Assembly (NCBI GenBank): GCA_030390025.1
Contig: CM059451.1
Span: 20,460,001 to 20,524,000 of the forward strand
Origin: Squalus acanthias
Lineage: Eukaryota
Length of the DNA: 64,000 nt
Reading direction: 5' to 3'
Under the pieces are notes generated by a model. It ran no database searches. It was not told the origin of the DNA and saw only the letters and a program-made list of their open reading frames with translations. Of this stretch, positions 63,781 to 64,000 are shown in pieces; the stretch's first letter is position 1, and each line of letters opens with the position of its first letter. The translations under genes and the position numbers were made by a program.

Positions 63781-64000
63781 TTCTCTTCAATGCATCATGG
63801 TGGGTAGAGAGAGAAGGGAATGAAAAAGTACAAAAATGCAGAAAAACATTTGTTCCAAAGATTGAAGAAATTGGAAATGTGTTTGAAAAGTTGTAGTGCT
63901 GAGCCATGCAGAGCAGATGGTATCAAGTTTGATTCCTAGTCTGTTCAGTGAGTGTGGACTTTGAGCAAGAACAGTAACGGGTTTGACTTTAATACTGTTG

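Noticed and set aside
1-64000. CRISPR array, operon or other prokaryotic system
   Set aside because: No regularly spaced repeats or dense ORFs; the sequence is spliceosomal-intron-rich vertebrate DNA.

Overview
Eukaryotic (vertebrate) genomic DNA, most likely a cartilaginous fish, inferred from the repeat families and protein divergence rather than proven. One gene dominates the window: the Ikaros-family zinc-finger transcription factor IKZF4 (Eos) on the minus strand. I reconstructed seven coding exons by hand, all with canonical GT-AG sites and phase-1 introns: 56085-56046 (ATG), 42476-42372, 24918-24658, 22650-22483, 7223-7074, 1957-1826 and 525-<1. The last exon, with the C-terminal dimerization fingers, runs off the left edge. 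The introns are full of retroelements (CR1, L2, RTE, Penelope-like, at least three SINE families) and small non-autonomous DNA transposons (Tc1/mariner-, hAT- and Harbinger-like, with readable TIRs and TSDs). The most notable items are: (1) minimal hammerhead ribozyme motifs in three Penelope terminal-repeat copies, one a ~98-bp insertion with a 13-bp TSD; (2) a tandem STAT5-type GAS pair plus an IRF motif in an Eos intron; (3) apparent absence of the mammalian Eos CtBP-binding PEDLA motif; (4) an unexplained ~160-bp repeat pair flanking the start-codon exon; (5) an LF-SINE-like relic and a chimeric SINE. There is no prokaryotic-type system such as CRISPR. Most ORFs in the track are spurious or TE-derived.
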